Below are positions 30,260 through 40,934 of a stretch of DNA of 64,000 nucleotides, in pieces; position 1 is the first letter of the stretch; every line of letters begins with the position of its first letter. The DNA is from Methanomassiliicoccaceae archaeon (GTDB taxonomy: Archaea > Thermoplasmatota > Thermoplasmata > Methanomassiliicoccales > Methanomassiliicoccaceae). Below the pieces are notes generated by a model that saw only the letters and a list, made by a program, of their open reading frames with translations, made no database searches and had not been told where the DNA came from. A program made the position numbers and the translations under genes. Where the stretch lies: contig JAXGZN010000002.1 in the NCBI GenBank assembly GCA_040776945.1, positions 1 through 64,000 on the forward strand, written 5' to 3'.

Positions 30260-31921
30260 TCATGCGTCAGGCCACCGAGCGGCGGCATCCTCGCGCAGCT
30301 TGTACTTCATGATCTTCCCCGAGGCGGTCATGGGATATTCGTCCACGAACGCTATGAACTTGGGGGTCTTGTACCACGCGATCTTGCCCCGGCAGTGGTC
30401 CTGGACGTCCTCGGAGGTCATCTGCACGCCTTTCCTCAGGATGATGTAGGCGCCGACCTGCTCTCCGTACTTCTTGCTCGGCACCCCCACGACCTGCACG
30501 TCCTGGATCCCTTCCATGTGGTGGATGAAGTCCTCTACTTCCTTGGGGTAGACGTTCTCGCCCCCGCGGATGATCATGTCCTTCAGCCGGCCGGTGATCG
30601 AAAGGTACCCATCGCGGTCCATCTTCCCTATGTCTCCGGAGTGGAGCCAACCATGCTCGTCTATGGCCTTGGCGGTCTCAGCGGGCATCTTGTAGTAACC
30701 TTTCATCACGTTGTATCCGCGGCAGCACACCTCTCCATGCTCCTCCGGCCCGCATTCGTTCCCGGTGTCAGGATCAAAGAGCTTCACCTCCACTCCTGGC
30801 AGGGGTCGACCGACCGTCGAGCATTTTTTCTCGATGGACGGCTCATCGTATCTTGTCTGGGTCATGCCCGGCGACGATTCGGTCAGGCCGAACACGATGG
30901 TCACTTCCCGCATGTTCATCTTCTCCACCGCCTCTTCCATGCTCTTCACCGGACAAGGGGAGCCGGCCATGATGCCGGTCCGCAGCGTGGAGAAATCGAA
31001 CTTGTCGAACAGAGGATGCTCCAGCACGGCGATGAACATCGTTGGGACGCCGTAAAGCGCGGTGCACCTTTCCTTCTCCACGGCCATCATCACGTTCACC
31101 GGGTCGTACCTCTCCAAGATGACCATTGTCGCGCCTGAGTTCAGGGAGGCCATCACCCCCAGGACGCAGCCGAAGCAATGGAAAAGGGGCACCGGGAGGC
31201 ATATGCGGTCCGCGTGGGTGTAGTTCATGTTGGCCGCGATCCAGTAACCGTTGTTCCCGATGTTGTGGTGAGTGAGCATGACCCCCTTGGGGAACCCCGT
31301 GGTCCCCGAGGTATACTGCATGTTCACCACGTCGTAGCAGGAGAGGCCAGCCTGCCGCTCCTTGTAATCCGCCTCAGAGGTCTGTACGCCCATGGCCATG
31401 ACCTCGTTCATAGAGTACATCCCCCTGTGCTTCTCCGGCCCAAGGAACAGGACCCGGCGCAGGTGCGGAAAACGCTCCGAGCGAAGCCGGTCCCGGGGCT
31501 GCGACCTCAGCTCCGGAACGAGCTCGTACATCGTGGCGATATAATCGGTGTCCCGGTACCCGTCGATGATGAAGATGTTCTCGGCCTCCGACTGCCTGAG
31601 AACGTACTCGATCTCAGAGATCTTGTAGTTGATATTGATGGTGAGCAGGATCGCCCCTATGCGGGCGGTGGCGAACTGCAGGGTGACCCAATGCGGGACG
31701 TTCGTCGCCCACACCGCCACCTTCTCGCCCTTCTTGACCCCCAAGGCCATAAGGCCCTTGGCCACCCGGTCGACCGTGGCCGAGAACTCCCTCCAGGTTT
31801 CCCGGTAGTCCCGGTCCGCATAGACTATGGCCTCCGTGTCCGGATACCTTGCCACGGTCTCATCGAGCAGCTGGCCCAGAGTGGCCTCTCGAGTTATCTC
31901 CTCTCGAACCATGCGGCGCAC
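30260..31921 (-). CDS. AMP-binding acyl-CoA synthetase
   Basis: YTSGTTGFPKG, PLFHCFG, FGLTE, HSGD, GRLKDMIIRGGEN, TASGK. Confidence 0.95.
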   Translation of the reverse strand: MRRMVREEITREATLGQLLDETVARYPDTEAIVYADRDYRETWREFSATVDRVAKGLMALGVKKGEKVAVWATNVPHWVTLQFATARIGAILLTININYKISEIEYVLRQSEAENIFIIDGYRDTDYIATMYELVPELRSQPRDRLRSERFPHLRRVLFLGPEKHRGMYSMNEVMAMGVQTSEADYKERQAGLSCYDVVNMQYTSGTTGFPKGVMLTHHNIGNNGYWIAANMNYTHADRICLPVPLFHCFGCVLGVMASLNSGATMVILERYDPVNVMMAVEKERCTALYGVPTMFIAVLEHPLFDKFDFSTLRTGIMAGSPCPVKSMEEAVEKMNMREVTIVFGLTESSPGMTQTRYDEPSIEKKCSTVGRPLPGVEVKLFDPDTGNECGPEEHGEVCCRGYNVMKGYYKMPAETAKAIDEHGWLHSGDIGKMDRDGYLSITGRLKDMIIRGGENVYPKEVEDFIHHMEGIQDVQVVGVPSKKYGEQVGAYIILRKGVQMTSEDVQDHCRGKIAWYKTPKFIAFVDEYPMTASGKIMKYKLREDAAARWPDA

Positions 31922-31922
31922 C

Positions 31923-32486
31923 TCAGAACGGAGTGTATACGACCGCGTAGATGGCGGCCTTGGCGTTCCCGGCTGCGGACACCTCGTGGGGCACCACCGA
32001 GTTGTAGTACATGGAATCTCCGGCCTTCAGGCGGTGCTTCTGTTTCCCATAGGTCAGATCGACCTCGCCCTTCACCACGATTATAAACTCCTCGCCCTCA
32101 TGGGCCGAAAGGGAGCTCTCTTTGGTCGGCTCGATCTCGATGTACAGCGGCTCCATGTGCCGATCGGTCTTTCCCTTGCCCAGCGGATAGTAGTGGTAGT
32201 TCCCCGGTCCGGCCCCGTGGTGAGGAGTGGTCTCCTCCTTCCTCTCCTCCGCATGGACGATGATGGGGTCAGGTATGAACTGGTCGTCCATGAAGGTGCC
32301 CAGCCTCTGCCCCATGGCCCGGGACAGCTTCACCAGCATACTGATCGCAGGATAGACCGTTCCGTCCTCAACGTTCCGCACCAGGGCAGGGTCAAGTCCG
32401 GCGTTCTGGGCCAGTTCATCGATGGAGAGTCCGAGGCGTTCGCGATAGGTCTTGATGCGGTTTCCTAGTTTATCAGAAATGGACAT
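31923..32486 (-). CDS. XRE family regulator with cupin domain
   Basis: N-terminal HTH; HEGEEF...GDSMYYNS..PH cupin. Confidence 0.93.
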   Translation of the reverse strand: MSISDKLGNRIKTYRERLGLSIDELAQNAGLDPALVRNVEDGTVYPAISMLVKLSRAMGQRLGTFMDDQFIPDPIIVHAEERKEETTPHHGAGPGNYHYYPLGKGKTDRHMEPLYIEIEPTKESSLSAHEGEEFIIVVKGEVDLTYGKQKHRLKAGDSMYYNSVVPHEVSAAGNAKAAIYAVVYTPF

Positions 32487-32632
32487 TTGCTATCCTCCGG
32501 GGTTGGTGTTCGAAACGACACGGTCGGGTCGGGAACAAGGCCGCTGGTCCCCGAGCGAATCCGCAAATTCTCTAATATATCTTGCCACAGGGGCCTTCCT
32601 GACGGTCGTGGGATCTCCGTTCGTCAACAGGT

Positions 32633-34033
32633 TCAACCCCGGCCGTTCCTGACCCAGGCCTTGGCGGCCTCGTACACCTTTCGGTTCCTCTCTACCAGCG
32701 CGGGCTTCTCGGAGAAGCTGGCGTCCAGGGCCGCGAGCACATCCGCCTCCGGCATGCCCAGAAGGCCCAGTTCGACCATCGCGCCCAGGAAAGCGGTGTT
32801 GGCCGCCTTGGGGGTTCCCGATTCCTCTGCTATCCGCATCGCCGGGAACGGCCTAAGGGTGACACCAGGGGGGGCCGCTGGACGCAGGGGAACGGACCCC
32901 TCGAACAGCACCGTGCCGCCCTTGACCACGGTAGGGAGGAACTTCTCCAGCGAAGGCTGGTTCATCGCCACCAGGAGGTCAGGGGCGTCCACCGCCGGGG
33001 AGCCTATCTCCTTTCCTCCTATGACCACAGAGGCCGACGCGGCGCCCCCTCTCTGCTCCGGACCATAGCTGGGGAACCAAGAGACGTATCTGCCCCCTCT
33101 CCCCGCCGCCTCGGCAACGACCAGTCCAAGGCTGAGCACGCCCTGTCCGCCGAAGCCGGAGAACTTCATGTGCCTCTCCTTGAACTTGGGGTCCGGCACA
33201 GGGTCGATGCCGCCCTCGGAGCCCTGCATCAGGGCGGTCAGGTCCTTGATGGCGATGGGGGAGGGAGCCGCGGCCGGCTTGGCGGTGTGGTCCCGGAAAC
33301 AACCCAGGGGGAACACCCTCTCCATCTCCTGGGTCACGAAGTCCGCGGCCTTCAGGGCGTCCATCCTCCAGTTGGTGGGGCAGGGCGACAGGAACTCAAC
33401 GAACGCGTACCCCTTTCCATCGCGCTGGACCTCCAGGGCCTTGCGCACCGCCCTCTTGGCCTGCATGATGCGCTTGGTGTCCGCCACCGATACACGCTCG
33501 ATGTAAACCGGAGCGTCTAGCTGGGCCAGGATCTCGCACACCCTAAGGGGGTGCCCGGTCCTGACCACATCACGGCCGAAGGGCGTTGTCGTCGTCTTCT
33601 GGCCGGGCAGCGTGGTGGGCGCCATCTGCCCTCCGGTCATCGCATACAGAGAGTTGTTGACGAAGAAGCAGGCGAAATGTTCTCCCCTATTTGCCGCCTG
33701 GAAGGCGTTGTTGAACCCTATCGCCCCTAGATCGCCGTCGCCCTGGTATGCGATCACCACCTTGTCCGGCAGCACTCGCGAGAGGCCGGTGGCGACAGCG
33801 GACGCCCGCCCATGCGGAGCGGCCACGTTCCCGCAGTCGAAGTAATAATAGCAGAACGCCGCGCACCCCACGGGAGAGACGAACACGGTGCGGTCCTGCA
33901 GGCCCAGATCGGCCATCGCTTCTCCGATCAGCTTATGGATGATCCCGTGGCCGCAACCGGCGCAGAATGTGGTGGTCCTGCTCCCATCCTTCCGATCGAA
34001 GGTATCATAGAAACCCCTGGCCCTCTTGATCAT
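32633..34033 (-). CDS. vorA: 2-oxoisovalerate:ferredoxin oxidoreductase, fused beta/gamma subunit
   Basis: [20 protein letters not shown] motif, SPCPTNW, then [15 protein letters not shown]. Confidence 0.9.
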   Translation of the reverse strand: MIKRARGFYDTFDRKDGSRTTTFCAGCGHGIIHKLIGEAMADLGLQDRTVFVSPVGCAAFCYYYFDCGNVAAPHGRASAVATGLSRVLPDKVVIAYQGDGDLGAIGFNNAFQAANRGEHFACFFVNNSLYAMTGGQMAPTTLPGQKTTTTPFGRDVVRTGHPLRVCEILAQLDAPVYIERVSVADTKRIMQAKRAVRKALEVQRDGKGYAFVEFLSPCPTNWRMDALKAADFVTQEMERVFPLGCFRDHTAKPAAAPSPIAIKDLTALMQGSEGGIDPVPDPKFKERHMKFSGFGGQGVLSLGLVVAEAAGRGGRYVSWFPSYGPEQRGGAASASVVIGGKEIGSPAVDAPDLLVAMNQPSLEKFLPTVVKGGTVLFEGSVPLRPAAPPGVTLRPFPAMRIAEESGTPKAANTAFLGAMVELGLLGMPEADVLAALDASFSEKPALVERNRKVYEAAKAWVRNGRG

Positions 34034-35085
34034 TCTCTCTCCTCCCTCATGCTGCGGGCCGCCGCGAGCACGTCCTCCACCTTGACCATGTTGCCCCCCA
34101 TCCTGTTCACCAGGCGAACGTCCGAACAGCTCCCGCGGTCCAGATGCAGCAGGACATCGTCGCGGTACTGCCCGTTGCTCATCTCCACCACGAGGACCTG
34201 TCGGTCCCGGACCGCCAAGTTCATCTGCCGGGCGGGGAACGGAGAGAGGGAGATCGGCCGGAACAGGCCAGCCCGAACACCTTCAGCGCGCAGGCGGTCC
34301 ACCGCCGTGCGGGCTATGCGGGCCGAGGACCCGTAACCGGTCAGAACGATGTCCGCATCCTCCGTTCGATAGCTCTCAGACAGCACCTCGCACTTCATCC
34401 GCTCGTACTTCTCCTGCAGCACCTGGTTGTGGACCTCGTGACGGTCTGGGTCGAGGTATATGGAGGTGATGAGGTTCTTCCGGGTCTCAGCGTCGCCGCG
34501 CACCGCCCAGGAAGCGGTCTCTGGGGCCTGGGCCACGGCACCAGGCAACTGGAGGGATTCCATCATCTGCCCCAGGACGGCATCCGCGAGGACGATGACC
34601 GGGTTGCGGTACTTCATGGCCAGAGAGAAGGCCCTCATGGTCAGGTCGCACATCTCCTGCACCGATCCGGGAGCGAGGACGAGGCATTTGTAGTTGCCAT
34701 GACCACCCCCCTTTACCGCCTGGTTGTAGTCGCCCTGCTCCGGGCCGATGTTCCCCAACCCGGGACCAGTTCTCATAACATTGACGATCACCGCCGGGAG
34801 CTGGGCTCCAGCGAGGTACGATATCCCCTCCTGCATGAGGCTCATGCCTGGGCCGGAGGACGCGGTCATAGCGAGCTTCCCGGCGCTGGCGGCGCCGTAG
34901 ATCATGTTTATGGAGCCGGTCTCGCATTCAGCCTGGAGGAACTCCTTGCCCATCTGCGGGAAGAGCTCCGCTGCGCCGTGGGCGATCTCACTGGCCGGCG
35001 TGATCGGATAGCCGAAGTACACGTCGCATCCCGCGAACAGCGCTCCGATGACCACCGCCTCGTTGCCCTTGACGAACCTCCTCAC
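34030..35085 (-). CDS. vorB: 2-oxoisovalerate:ferredoxin oxidoreductase alpha subunit
   Basis: [31 protein letters not shown]. Confidence 0.92.
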   Translation of the reverse strand: MRRFVKGNEAVVIGALFAGCDVYFGYPITPASEIAHGAAELFPQMGKEFLQAECETGSINMIYGAASAGKLAMTASSGPGMSLMQEGISYLAGAQLPAVIVNVMRTGPGLGNIGPEQGDYNQAVKGGGHGNYKCLVLAPGSVQEMCDLTMRAFSLAMKYRNPVIVLADAVLGQMMESLQLPGAVAQAPETASWAVRGDAETRKNLITSIYLDPDRHEVHNQVLQEKYERMKCEVLSESYRTEDADIVLTGYGSSARIARTAVDRLRAEGVRAGLFRPISLSPFPARQMNLAVRDRQVLVVEMSNGQYRDDVLLHLDRGSCSDVRLVNRMGGNMVKVEDVLAAARSMREERE

Positions 35086-35324
35086 CGTTCTCCCTCCTTG
35101 TCCGGGGCATGCACCTCTATCGCATAGATCTCAGGGCAATTGTAGAAGCATATCGCGCAGCCGGTGCATCCCTCTCCAACGTACTCCGCGGGCACGAACC
35201 CTCTCCGATTCACATGCTGGGCTTTCCTCAACACCTTCCTGGGGCAGGCGGCGATGCACCGTCCACAGCCCTTGCACTCATCCTCCGCGATGACTGGTCG
35301 GGGGACCTTAAGATCGGCGGCCAT
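35082..35324 (-). CDS. vorC: 2[4Fe-4S] ferredoxin (VOR delta subunit)
   Basis: [12 protein letters not shown] and [12 protein letters not shown]. Confidence 0.9.
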   Translation of the reverse strand: MAADLKVPRPVIAEDECKGCGRCIAACPRKVLRKAQHVNRRGFVPAEYVGEGCTGCAICFYNCPEIYAIEVHAPDKEGER

Positions 35325-35423
35325 GTTCTCCGCCAGGAAAACGGACAAGCGTACTTAAATCCTCGGAGCGGCAGGGCAAGGGGGGCGAAAGGAATTGTAC
35401 CTCCTGGACAATTCAGATGCGAT

Positions 35424-35996
35424 ATGATGACCAAGAAGAGCCATGGCAGGACCATGCCCCCCATCGCCCTGCCGATCTGCCTTTTGGGGGCCAATGTCGG
35501 GGGGAGGCCCAACTACTGCACGATAGCCTGGTTCACCATGATCGACGACGAGCCCCCCACGATAGGGCTGGTCACCGCTAAGGACCGCAAGACCAAGGAT
35601 GGGATAATCGAGAACCGCACCTTCAGTGTCAGCCTGCCCAGCACGGACATGGTGGTGCCGGTCGATCACGTGGGGACGACATCCGGGAGAAAGGAGGACA
35701 AATCATCGGTGTTCCGATCATTCTATGGAAGGCTGAGGACCGCCCCCATGGTGGAGGAGTGCCCGCTTACGATGGAGTGCGAGCTGAAGAGGATCGTGGA
35801 ACTTGAGGGCACAGATCTCATCATCGGAGAGATCGTGGAGGTGTACGCGGACGAGCGCGCCTACCACGGGAAGGAGCCTGACCCGTTCATACTCGACCCT
35901 CTGATGTACCTTTCCTCGGCCATGACATACCACCGCTTGGGGGACCGCATAGCCGACGCCTTCAAAGTGGGCAGCTCGTACCGGCAAAGGAACTGA
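35424..35996 (+). CDS. Flavin reductase family (flavoredoxin-like)
   Basis: GRPN..TIAW, FSVSLP, G..SGR..DK, APMVEECPLTMEC. Confidence 0.9.
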   Translation: MMTKKSHGRTMPPIALPICLLGANVGGRPNYCTIAWFTMIDDEPPTIGLVTAKDRKTKDGIIENRTFSVSLPSTDMVVPVDHVGTTSGRKEDKSSVFRSFYGRLRTAPMVEECPLTMECELKRIVELEGTDLIIGEIVEVYADERAYHGKEPDPFILDPLMYLSSAMTYHRLGDRIADAFKVGSSYRQRN

Positions 35997-36444
35997 GGCG
36001 CACTGCCCCGGCCCGTGAGGGCGGGCAGGGGAGCGAACGCCGCGGGCGCCTTCCGCCGGTAAAAAGGTGAAAAGGCCGCCCCGATCGGACGATGGGGCTC
36101 GGCGCCGCCCCTCTCGCGCTTTCCGACCGAAGCCATCCTCCCCGATCCGGCCGGCGGGCTCATGCAACAGGCATTATAGGGAAAGGCAATAGAGGCGGCC
36201 CTCTCCGCGCCGCCGGCCTTATGCCCTGGAACCATGCCTCCACCCCTCATCGGACCGAACGGCCTTTCGACCCGGGATGGGACCATGGGGCCGAGGTCCA
36301 CGGACGTGATCGGTCCATCTCTCTCCACCATTATAGTCCATAAGGTCGATCGGACGGTCTTTAGCGGGAAGGCCGTTCCCCGCTCCGTGCGTTGCGGGAC
36401 ATCTGTTAAATAATCTTAATGACAGAACAAGCTGCGGTACCGCC

Positions 36445-36864
36445 ATGAACGCCAAGACCCCGGCCAGGACCGACAAGGTCGTGAGGACGGAGGAGGAATG
36501 GAGAAGGCTGCTCACCCCAATGCAGTTCAACATCCTCCGCCGGGAAGGCACCGAACCGGCCTTCCATAACAAGTACTGGGACAACCATGAGGATGGGACC
36601 TATGTCTGCGCGGGCTGCCGGCTGCCGTTGTTCTCATCGAAGGACAAGTTCGATTCAGGCACTGGTTGGCCGAGCTTCACCAGGCCGATCGCGGACGATG
36701 CGGTGGGGACCGAACTGGACGCTCGGTTCGGGATGAGACGGACATCCGTCCTCTGCGCCCGATGCGGCGGGCACCTCGGCCACCTCTTCGAGGACGGACC
36801 ACCGCCCCTCGGGACCCGCTACTGCATGAACTCAGGGGCGCTCGAGCTCATCGCCGGGAAATGA
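36445..36864 (+). CDS. msrB: Peptide-methionine (R)-S-oxide reductase
   Basis: GTEPAF, SGTGWPSF, HLGHLF.DGP, RYCMNS. Confidence 0.96.
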   Translation: MNAKTPARTDKVVRTEEEWRRLLTPMQFNILRREGTEPAFHNKYWDNHEDGTYVCAGCRLPLFSSKDKFDSGTGWPSFTRPIADDAVGTELDARFGMRRTSVLCARCGGHLGHLFEDGPPPLGTRYCMNSGALELIAGK

Positions 36865-37541
36865 TCTTCGGAGAACAGCACGTCCGCCACCTCCCTGAGG
36901 TCGGTGAAAGCCCCATGCCTCTTCCCGCAGCGCTCCAGCTCAGAGTGCAGGCGCGAGCCGCGGACCGCGAAGGCCAGGTCCGCCGACAACGCGGCCCAGA
37001 GGTCCGATATGCCGTCCCCGATGTATGCAGTCAGCCGACCGTCCGCCCTCTCCCGAAGGACTCGGTCCTCCTTGAAGTTCCTAGCACTGGCATTGGTCCG
37101 GGGAGGAAAGCGGAAACGAACCCGTCCCGCCTCGTCGGTCACCGCCGGGGCGACGATCTCGACGGAGCTCCAGCCTACGGATGCCATGAAATGGCGGATG
37201 TAGAAGTCCAGCCCAGCGCTGGTGATGGTGAAGGTAGCGTTGTTGGCCGCGCATCGGGTCAGGAGGTCGTGCAGTCCAGGCCGGGGAAGGATCACAGCGT
37301 CCAGCTCCCTAAGCATAACGTCCCTGGGGATGGATATCATCTCGAACTGCATCCTCATGCACTCCTCGATGGTGATCCTCCCCTCCATGAGCATGCCTTC
37401 GATCGCTCTCCAGTCACCGTCAGCGTGATGTTCGAGCAAGTACTCGGCAGAATCGATCAGTGTGATGGTCCCGTCGAAATCGCTGAGGACGCTGACGCCT
37501 CTAGGCATGCCGGGCCTATGGTCATCCTTGAGCTCCATCAT
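36819..37541 (-). CDS. MtnX-like HAD-IB phosphatase
   Basis: DFDGTIT, TSAG, GDGISD; start uncertain; 46-bp convergent overlap with msrB. Confidence 0.88.
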   Translation of the reverse strand: MMELKDDHRPGMPRGVSVLSDFDGTITLIDSAEYLLEHHADGDWRAIEGMLMEGRITIEECMRMQFEMISIPRDVMLRELDAVILPRPGLHDLLTRCAANNATFTITSAGLDFYIRHFMASVGWSSVEIVAPAVTDEAGRVRFRFPPRTNASARNFKEDRVLRERADGRLTAYIGDGISDLWAALSADLAFAVRGSRLHSELERCGKRHGAFTDLREVADVLFSEDHFPAMSSSAPEFMQ

Positions 37542-37669
37542 GGGGTCATCCCGGTCGCCGCTAATAAAGATATGATGCCTCATGGCGAAAAACGGGATGG
37601 CATCCGATTTAGAACGGCCCGCCTCAATTAAAATAACCCGATGAACGGTATATCCATCGAGGGACGCCA

Positions 37670-39034
37670 ATGATTCTGATGAAGGTCAAGGCCGAGGGAT
37701 TGGCCCACCTTTCGTATATCGTCGGATCGAACGGAAAGGCCGCGGTGATCGATCCCCGCCGAGATTGCGACATCTATCTGGACATCGCCCAGGAGCATGG
37801 TCTAAGGATAACGCACATCCTCGAGACGCACCGCAACGAGGACTATGTGGCCGGCTCAAGGGAGCTGGCATCGCTGACCGGTGCGTCCATCCTGCACGGG
37901 GACATGCCCTTCGGATACGGACAGACCATATATGATGGCCATGAGGTGGACCTGGGGCAGGCAGTGCTGAGGGCATTAAGCACCCCAGGCCACACGCTCG
38001 AGAGCATGTCGTTCGTTCTCTATGACCGAACGTCCGGTCCCCAGCCTGTCGGCGTGTTCACCGGCGACGCTCTCTTCGTAGGGGATGTTGGCAGGACGGA
38101 CCTCTTCGGCGAGGACCGGATAAGGGAACTGGCGAGGCTCATGTTCGATTCCCTGCATAACAAACTCCTCCCACTTGGCGACAGCGTCATGATCTATCCT
38201 GCCCACGGGTCCGGCTCGGCCTGTGGAGGCAACATATCGGACCGAGAGGAGAGCACGATCGGTCTAGAGAAGGCGAAGAACAAGGCCTTGCGCCTTATAA
38301 GCAAGGAGGATTTCGTAGCCATGAAGGCCCGCGAGATAATGGAGAAGCCGCACTATTTCAATAGGATGGAGGAGATGAACCTGACCGGGCCGCCGATTTT
38401 GGGCCGGGTCCCGCGTCCGCCGGTGCTCCCTCCCAGAGAGATCATCCGGCGCTCCGACGACGGGGCAACGATACTGGACGTTCGCGCCCCGTCCTCCTTC
38501 GCGGGGGGCCATTTTCCAGGAGCGATAAGCATGCCGCGGGAGATCCTGCCGAGCTATGTCGGGTGGGTCCTGGACCACGATCGGCCCATCGTACTTGTCG
38601 TCGATGGGCCGGGAGACCTGGACAGCATCGTCAGGGACCTGATCAGGGTCGGATATGACGATGTGACCGGTCATGCAGCGGGAAGGGTGGAAGAGTGGGT
38701 CATCGATGGGCTTCCTATGGTAAGGTTCCCCACGGTCACGCCGATCGAGCTGCACGGCATGATGGTCCGTGGGGAGGACGTTCATGTGCTGGACGTCCGC
38801 ACGGAGAGAGAATGGTCATCCGGCAGAATTCAAGGGTCCCAGCATATCTTTGCCGGTTATCTCAGTAGAAGGATGGATGAGGTTCCCCGCGGCCGCAAGG
38901 TGGCGGTGATGTGCTCCTCCGGCCTGAGAGGGAGCCTGGGAGCGGGTCTTCTGCAGGATGCGGGCCTTGACGTGATCAACGTTCTCGGCGGAATAGGTGG
39001 CTGGTCGGCGGCCGGACTTCCGCTGGCAAGATAG
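37670..39034 (+). CDS. MBL-fold hydrolase with two rhodanese domains (persulfide dioxygenase-like)
   Basis: THRNED, TPGHT, TGD.LFVGDVGRTD, PAHG.GS.CG, LDVR x2, CSSGLR. Confidence 0.93.
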   Translation: MILMKVKAEGLAHLSYIVGSNGKAAVIDPRRDCDIYLDIAQEHGLRITHILETHRNEDYVAGSRELASLTGASILHGDMPFGYGQTIYDGHEVDLGQAVLRALSTPGHTLESMSFVLYDRTSGPQPVGVFTGDALFVGDVGRTDLFGEDRIRELARLMFDSLHNKLLPLGDSVMIYPAHGSGSACGGNISDREESTIGLEKAKNKALRLISKEDFVAMKAREIMEKPHYFNRMEEMNLTGPPILGRVPRPPVLPPREIIRRSDDGATILDVRAPSSFAGGHFPGAISMPREILPSYVGWVLDHDRPIVLVVDGPGDLDSIVRDLIRVGYDDVTGHAAGRVEEWVIDGLPMVRFPTVTPIELHGMMVRGEDVHVLDVRTEREWSSGRIQGSQHIFAGYLSRRMDEVPRGRKVAVMCSSGLRGSLGAGLLQDAGLDVINVLGGIGGWSAAGLPLAR

Positions 39035-39147
39035 ATGGCATGTTAATTGTTAACACGTCTCAGTAAAGATTAATTATGAAGTGTAAATGGTATTTTGAAG
39101 GAAGTTGAAATATGCAATAAATCGCGAAAATAGAACATAAATATGAT

Positions 39148-39198
39148 ACAATGTTGCAATTAACGCTCTTTAGAAAACCAAGGATGCAACAATGTTGC
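39148..39198. promoter_or_regulatory. Operator-like motif ACAATGTTGC x2, including palindrome GCAAC-AAT-GTTGC
   Basis: Copies at 39148-39157 and 39189-39198; reverse complement also at 40878-40887. Confidence 0.65.
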
Positions 39199-39255
39199 GA
39201 TTTCCCGACAACAAGGATTAAATATTGACAAACCAGTTAAGAAAATAGGGATTAT

Positions 39256-40371
39256 ATGGGATACGAGGAGATATTTCCACCATATGACATGGAGTGGCAC
39301 GCCCACTCCACAAGGCGCTTTGCGAATCCCTTCGTCGACAACAAGTATGATCGGGTCGATGTGGACCCGGTCATGCTGTCCCACGCGGCCATTGCGTGCG
39401 GATATACGATCAGGGATTTCTACGAAAAGCCGGAACTAGGCATACACTGTCTGGCCTATATCTACCAGATGTACGACCTGCTGCCGGTTACCCACTGGTT
39501 CTACTCCACCCCATGGCTCAAGGAGCTGGGAATGGAACTGACCCAGAAGGACACCCTCCCGCCAATCGCTGAGACCCCTATCATCAGCGAGCCTGGACAG
39601 GTCGATGACATCGAGGTGCCGGACGAGAAGGCGATCAGGAACGGATACACCTACCCGCAGTACCAGAGGCTGTATACCTATGTGCAGAAGCACCTCCCGC
39701 AGACCTTCGTCCCGATCTCATACGGGTTCGACCCGGTCGGAGAGGCCTCCCACATATGCGGTGTTGAGAACTTCATCATGTGGACCTTCACCGAGCCCGA
39801 CGCGGCCATGAAGCTCCTCAAGAAGTTCACCGACACGTCCATCGAGGGCGCTCTGTGCACTGCCAAGGACTACGGGATGGCCATGCTGGTCCTGGGATCG
39901 GTCCTGGCGAACAACGACATCTTCTCTGACGAGGCTGTCCGTGAGTACTCCGTCAACAACATGCGGTACTATATCGACAAGTGCTTCAGGGGAGGCGCTG
40001 GTCCGCAGATCTTCTACCACCTGTGCGGCAACCACGAGACCGACTACGTGGAGTTCCACAACCTGATATGGTCTCCCTTCACGGTGTTACATATAGGTTA
40101 CAAGGGAAGGGACGTGTTCCCGTCCGACCTACTGGTGAAGGAGTTCGGCAACAAGGCGACCATGATGGGCTCGGTCGACACCAAGCTGCTGATCAACCCC
40201 AACCCCAAGGTCGTGTATGATCAGTCCGCGGAACAGACCAAGGCCGGCCGCGACGCTCCCAGGGGATACATCCTCGGCTGCTCCTGCGAATGCCCCATGT
40301 ACTCGATCCCGGGCAACATCCTGGCAATGACCAGGGCGGCCAAGGACCACGGGTCGTACGGAAAGTGGTGA
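39256..40371 (+). CDS. Methylcobamide:CoM methyltransferase-like protein (MtaA/URO-D family)
   Basis: Zn-binding HLCG plus C-terminal GCSCECP, MGSVD, PGNI; URO-D-fold pattern. Confidence 0.85.
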   Translation: MGYEEIFPPYDMEWHAHSTRRFANPFVDNKYDRVDVDPVMLSHAAIACGYTIRDFYEKPELGIHCLAYIYQMYDLLPVTHWFYSTPWLKELGMELTQKDTLPPIAETPIISEPGQVDDIEVPDEKAIRNGYTYPQYQRLYTYVQKHLPQTFVPISYGFDPVGEASHICGVENFIMWTFTEPDAAMKLLKKFTDTSIEGALCTAKDYGMAMLVLGSVLANNDIFSDEAVREYSVNNMRYYIDKCFRGGAGPQIFYHLCGNHETDYVEFHNLIWSPFTVLHIGYKGRDVFPSDLLVKEFGNKATMMGSVDTKLLINPNPKVVYDQSAEQTKAGRDAPRGYILGCSCECPMYSIPGNILAMTRAAKDHGSYGKW

Positions 40372-40381
40372 GGTGAAAAAA

Positions 40382-40828
40382 ATGGATGCTAAGTTCTCTG
40401 CTGAGGCCAAGGACCTTCTGGGAAAGAGGGGACTGAAGGAGGCCGATGTCGCCGATGTCATTAAGACCGCGGAGACCTCCCACAGGAAGGTCGCCGACGG
40501 GAAGAAGAGCCTCGCCAAGAAGCGCATCGGTGAGGTCACTGTCTACGGCATGTATGACAACTCCGGCAACGTATGCTCCGCATACTCTCACCGCATGGTG
40601 CTGGGCGAGCCGGTGAAGACCACCGATACCCCTGAGGTCACCAATTGGGAATGCGTGCACTGCAAGGAGAAGGCCATCGCCGGCACCGTCAACATGACCT
40701 ATATGGGAGTTACCAGGTCCGGGCCCGCGATCGTCTGCCCCAAGTGCGGCGATTCCTGGGTCGAGGAGTACCTGGCCACCAAGACCATCGCGGCAGCCGA
40801 GGGTCTCTTCGAGAAGAAGAAGGCATAA
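40382..40828 (+). CDS. Two-domain protein: AYSHRM domain fused to a CxxC..CPxCG zinc/redox domain (DVU_1557-like)
   Basis: SAYSHRM motif; WECVHC...TYMG...CPKCG..VEEYLA...EGLFEKK; GAGGTG SD. Confidence 0.8.
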   Translation: MDAKFSAEAKDLLGKRGLKEADVADVIKTAETSHRKVADGKKSLAKKRIGEVTVYGMYDNSGNVCSAYSHRMVLGEPVKTTDTPEVTNWECVHCKEKAIAGTVNMTYMGVTRSGPAIVCPKCGDSWVEEYLATKTIAAAEGLFEKKKA

Positions 40829-40877
40829 ACCTATTATGGCCGCACCGCGGCCCCTTTCAACATTTTTCTTTTATGAT

Positions 40878-40892
40878 GCAACATTGTGGCGC
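40878..40892. promoter_or_regulatory. Third copy of the operator-like motif (GCAACATTGT) upstream of the radical SAM gene
   Basis: Exact reverse complement of ACAATGTTGC in an AT-rich intergenic region. Confidence 0.6.
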
Positions 40893-40934
40893 ATGTGTTT
40901 TTCAGTAACACATAACTAATAATAAGCTATTGAA

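Noticed and set aside
35997-36440. Coding or ncRNA feature between the flavin reductase and msrB
   Set aside because: Only GC-rich low-information ORFs and weak hairpins; nothing supportable.
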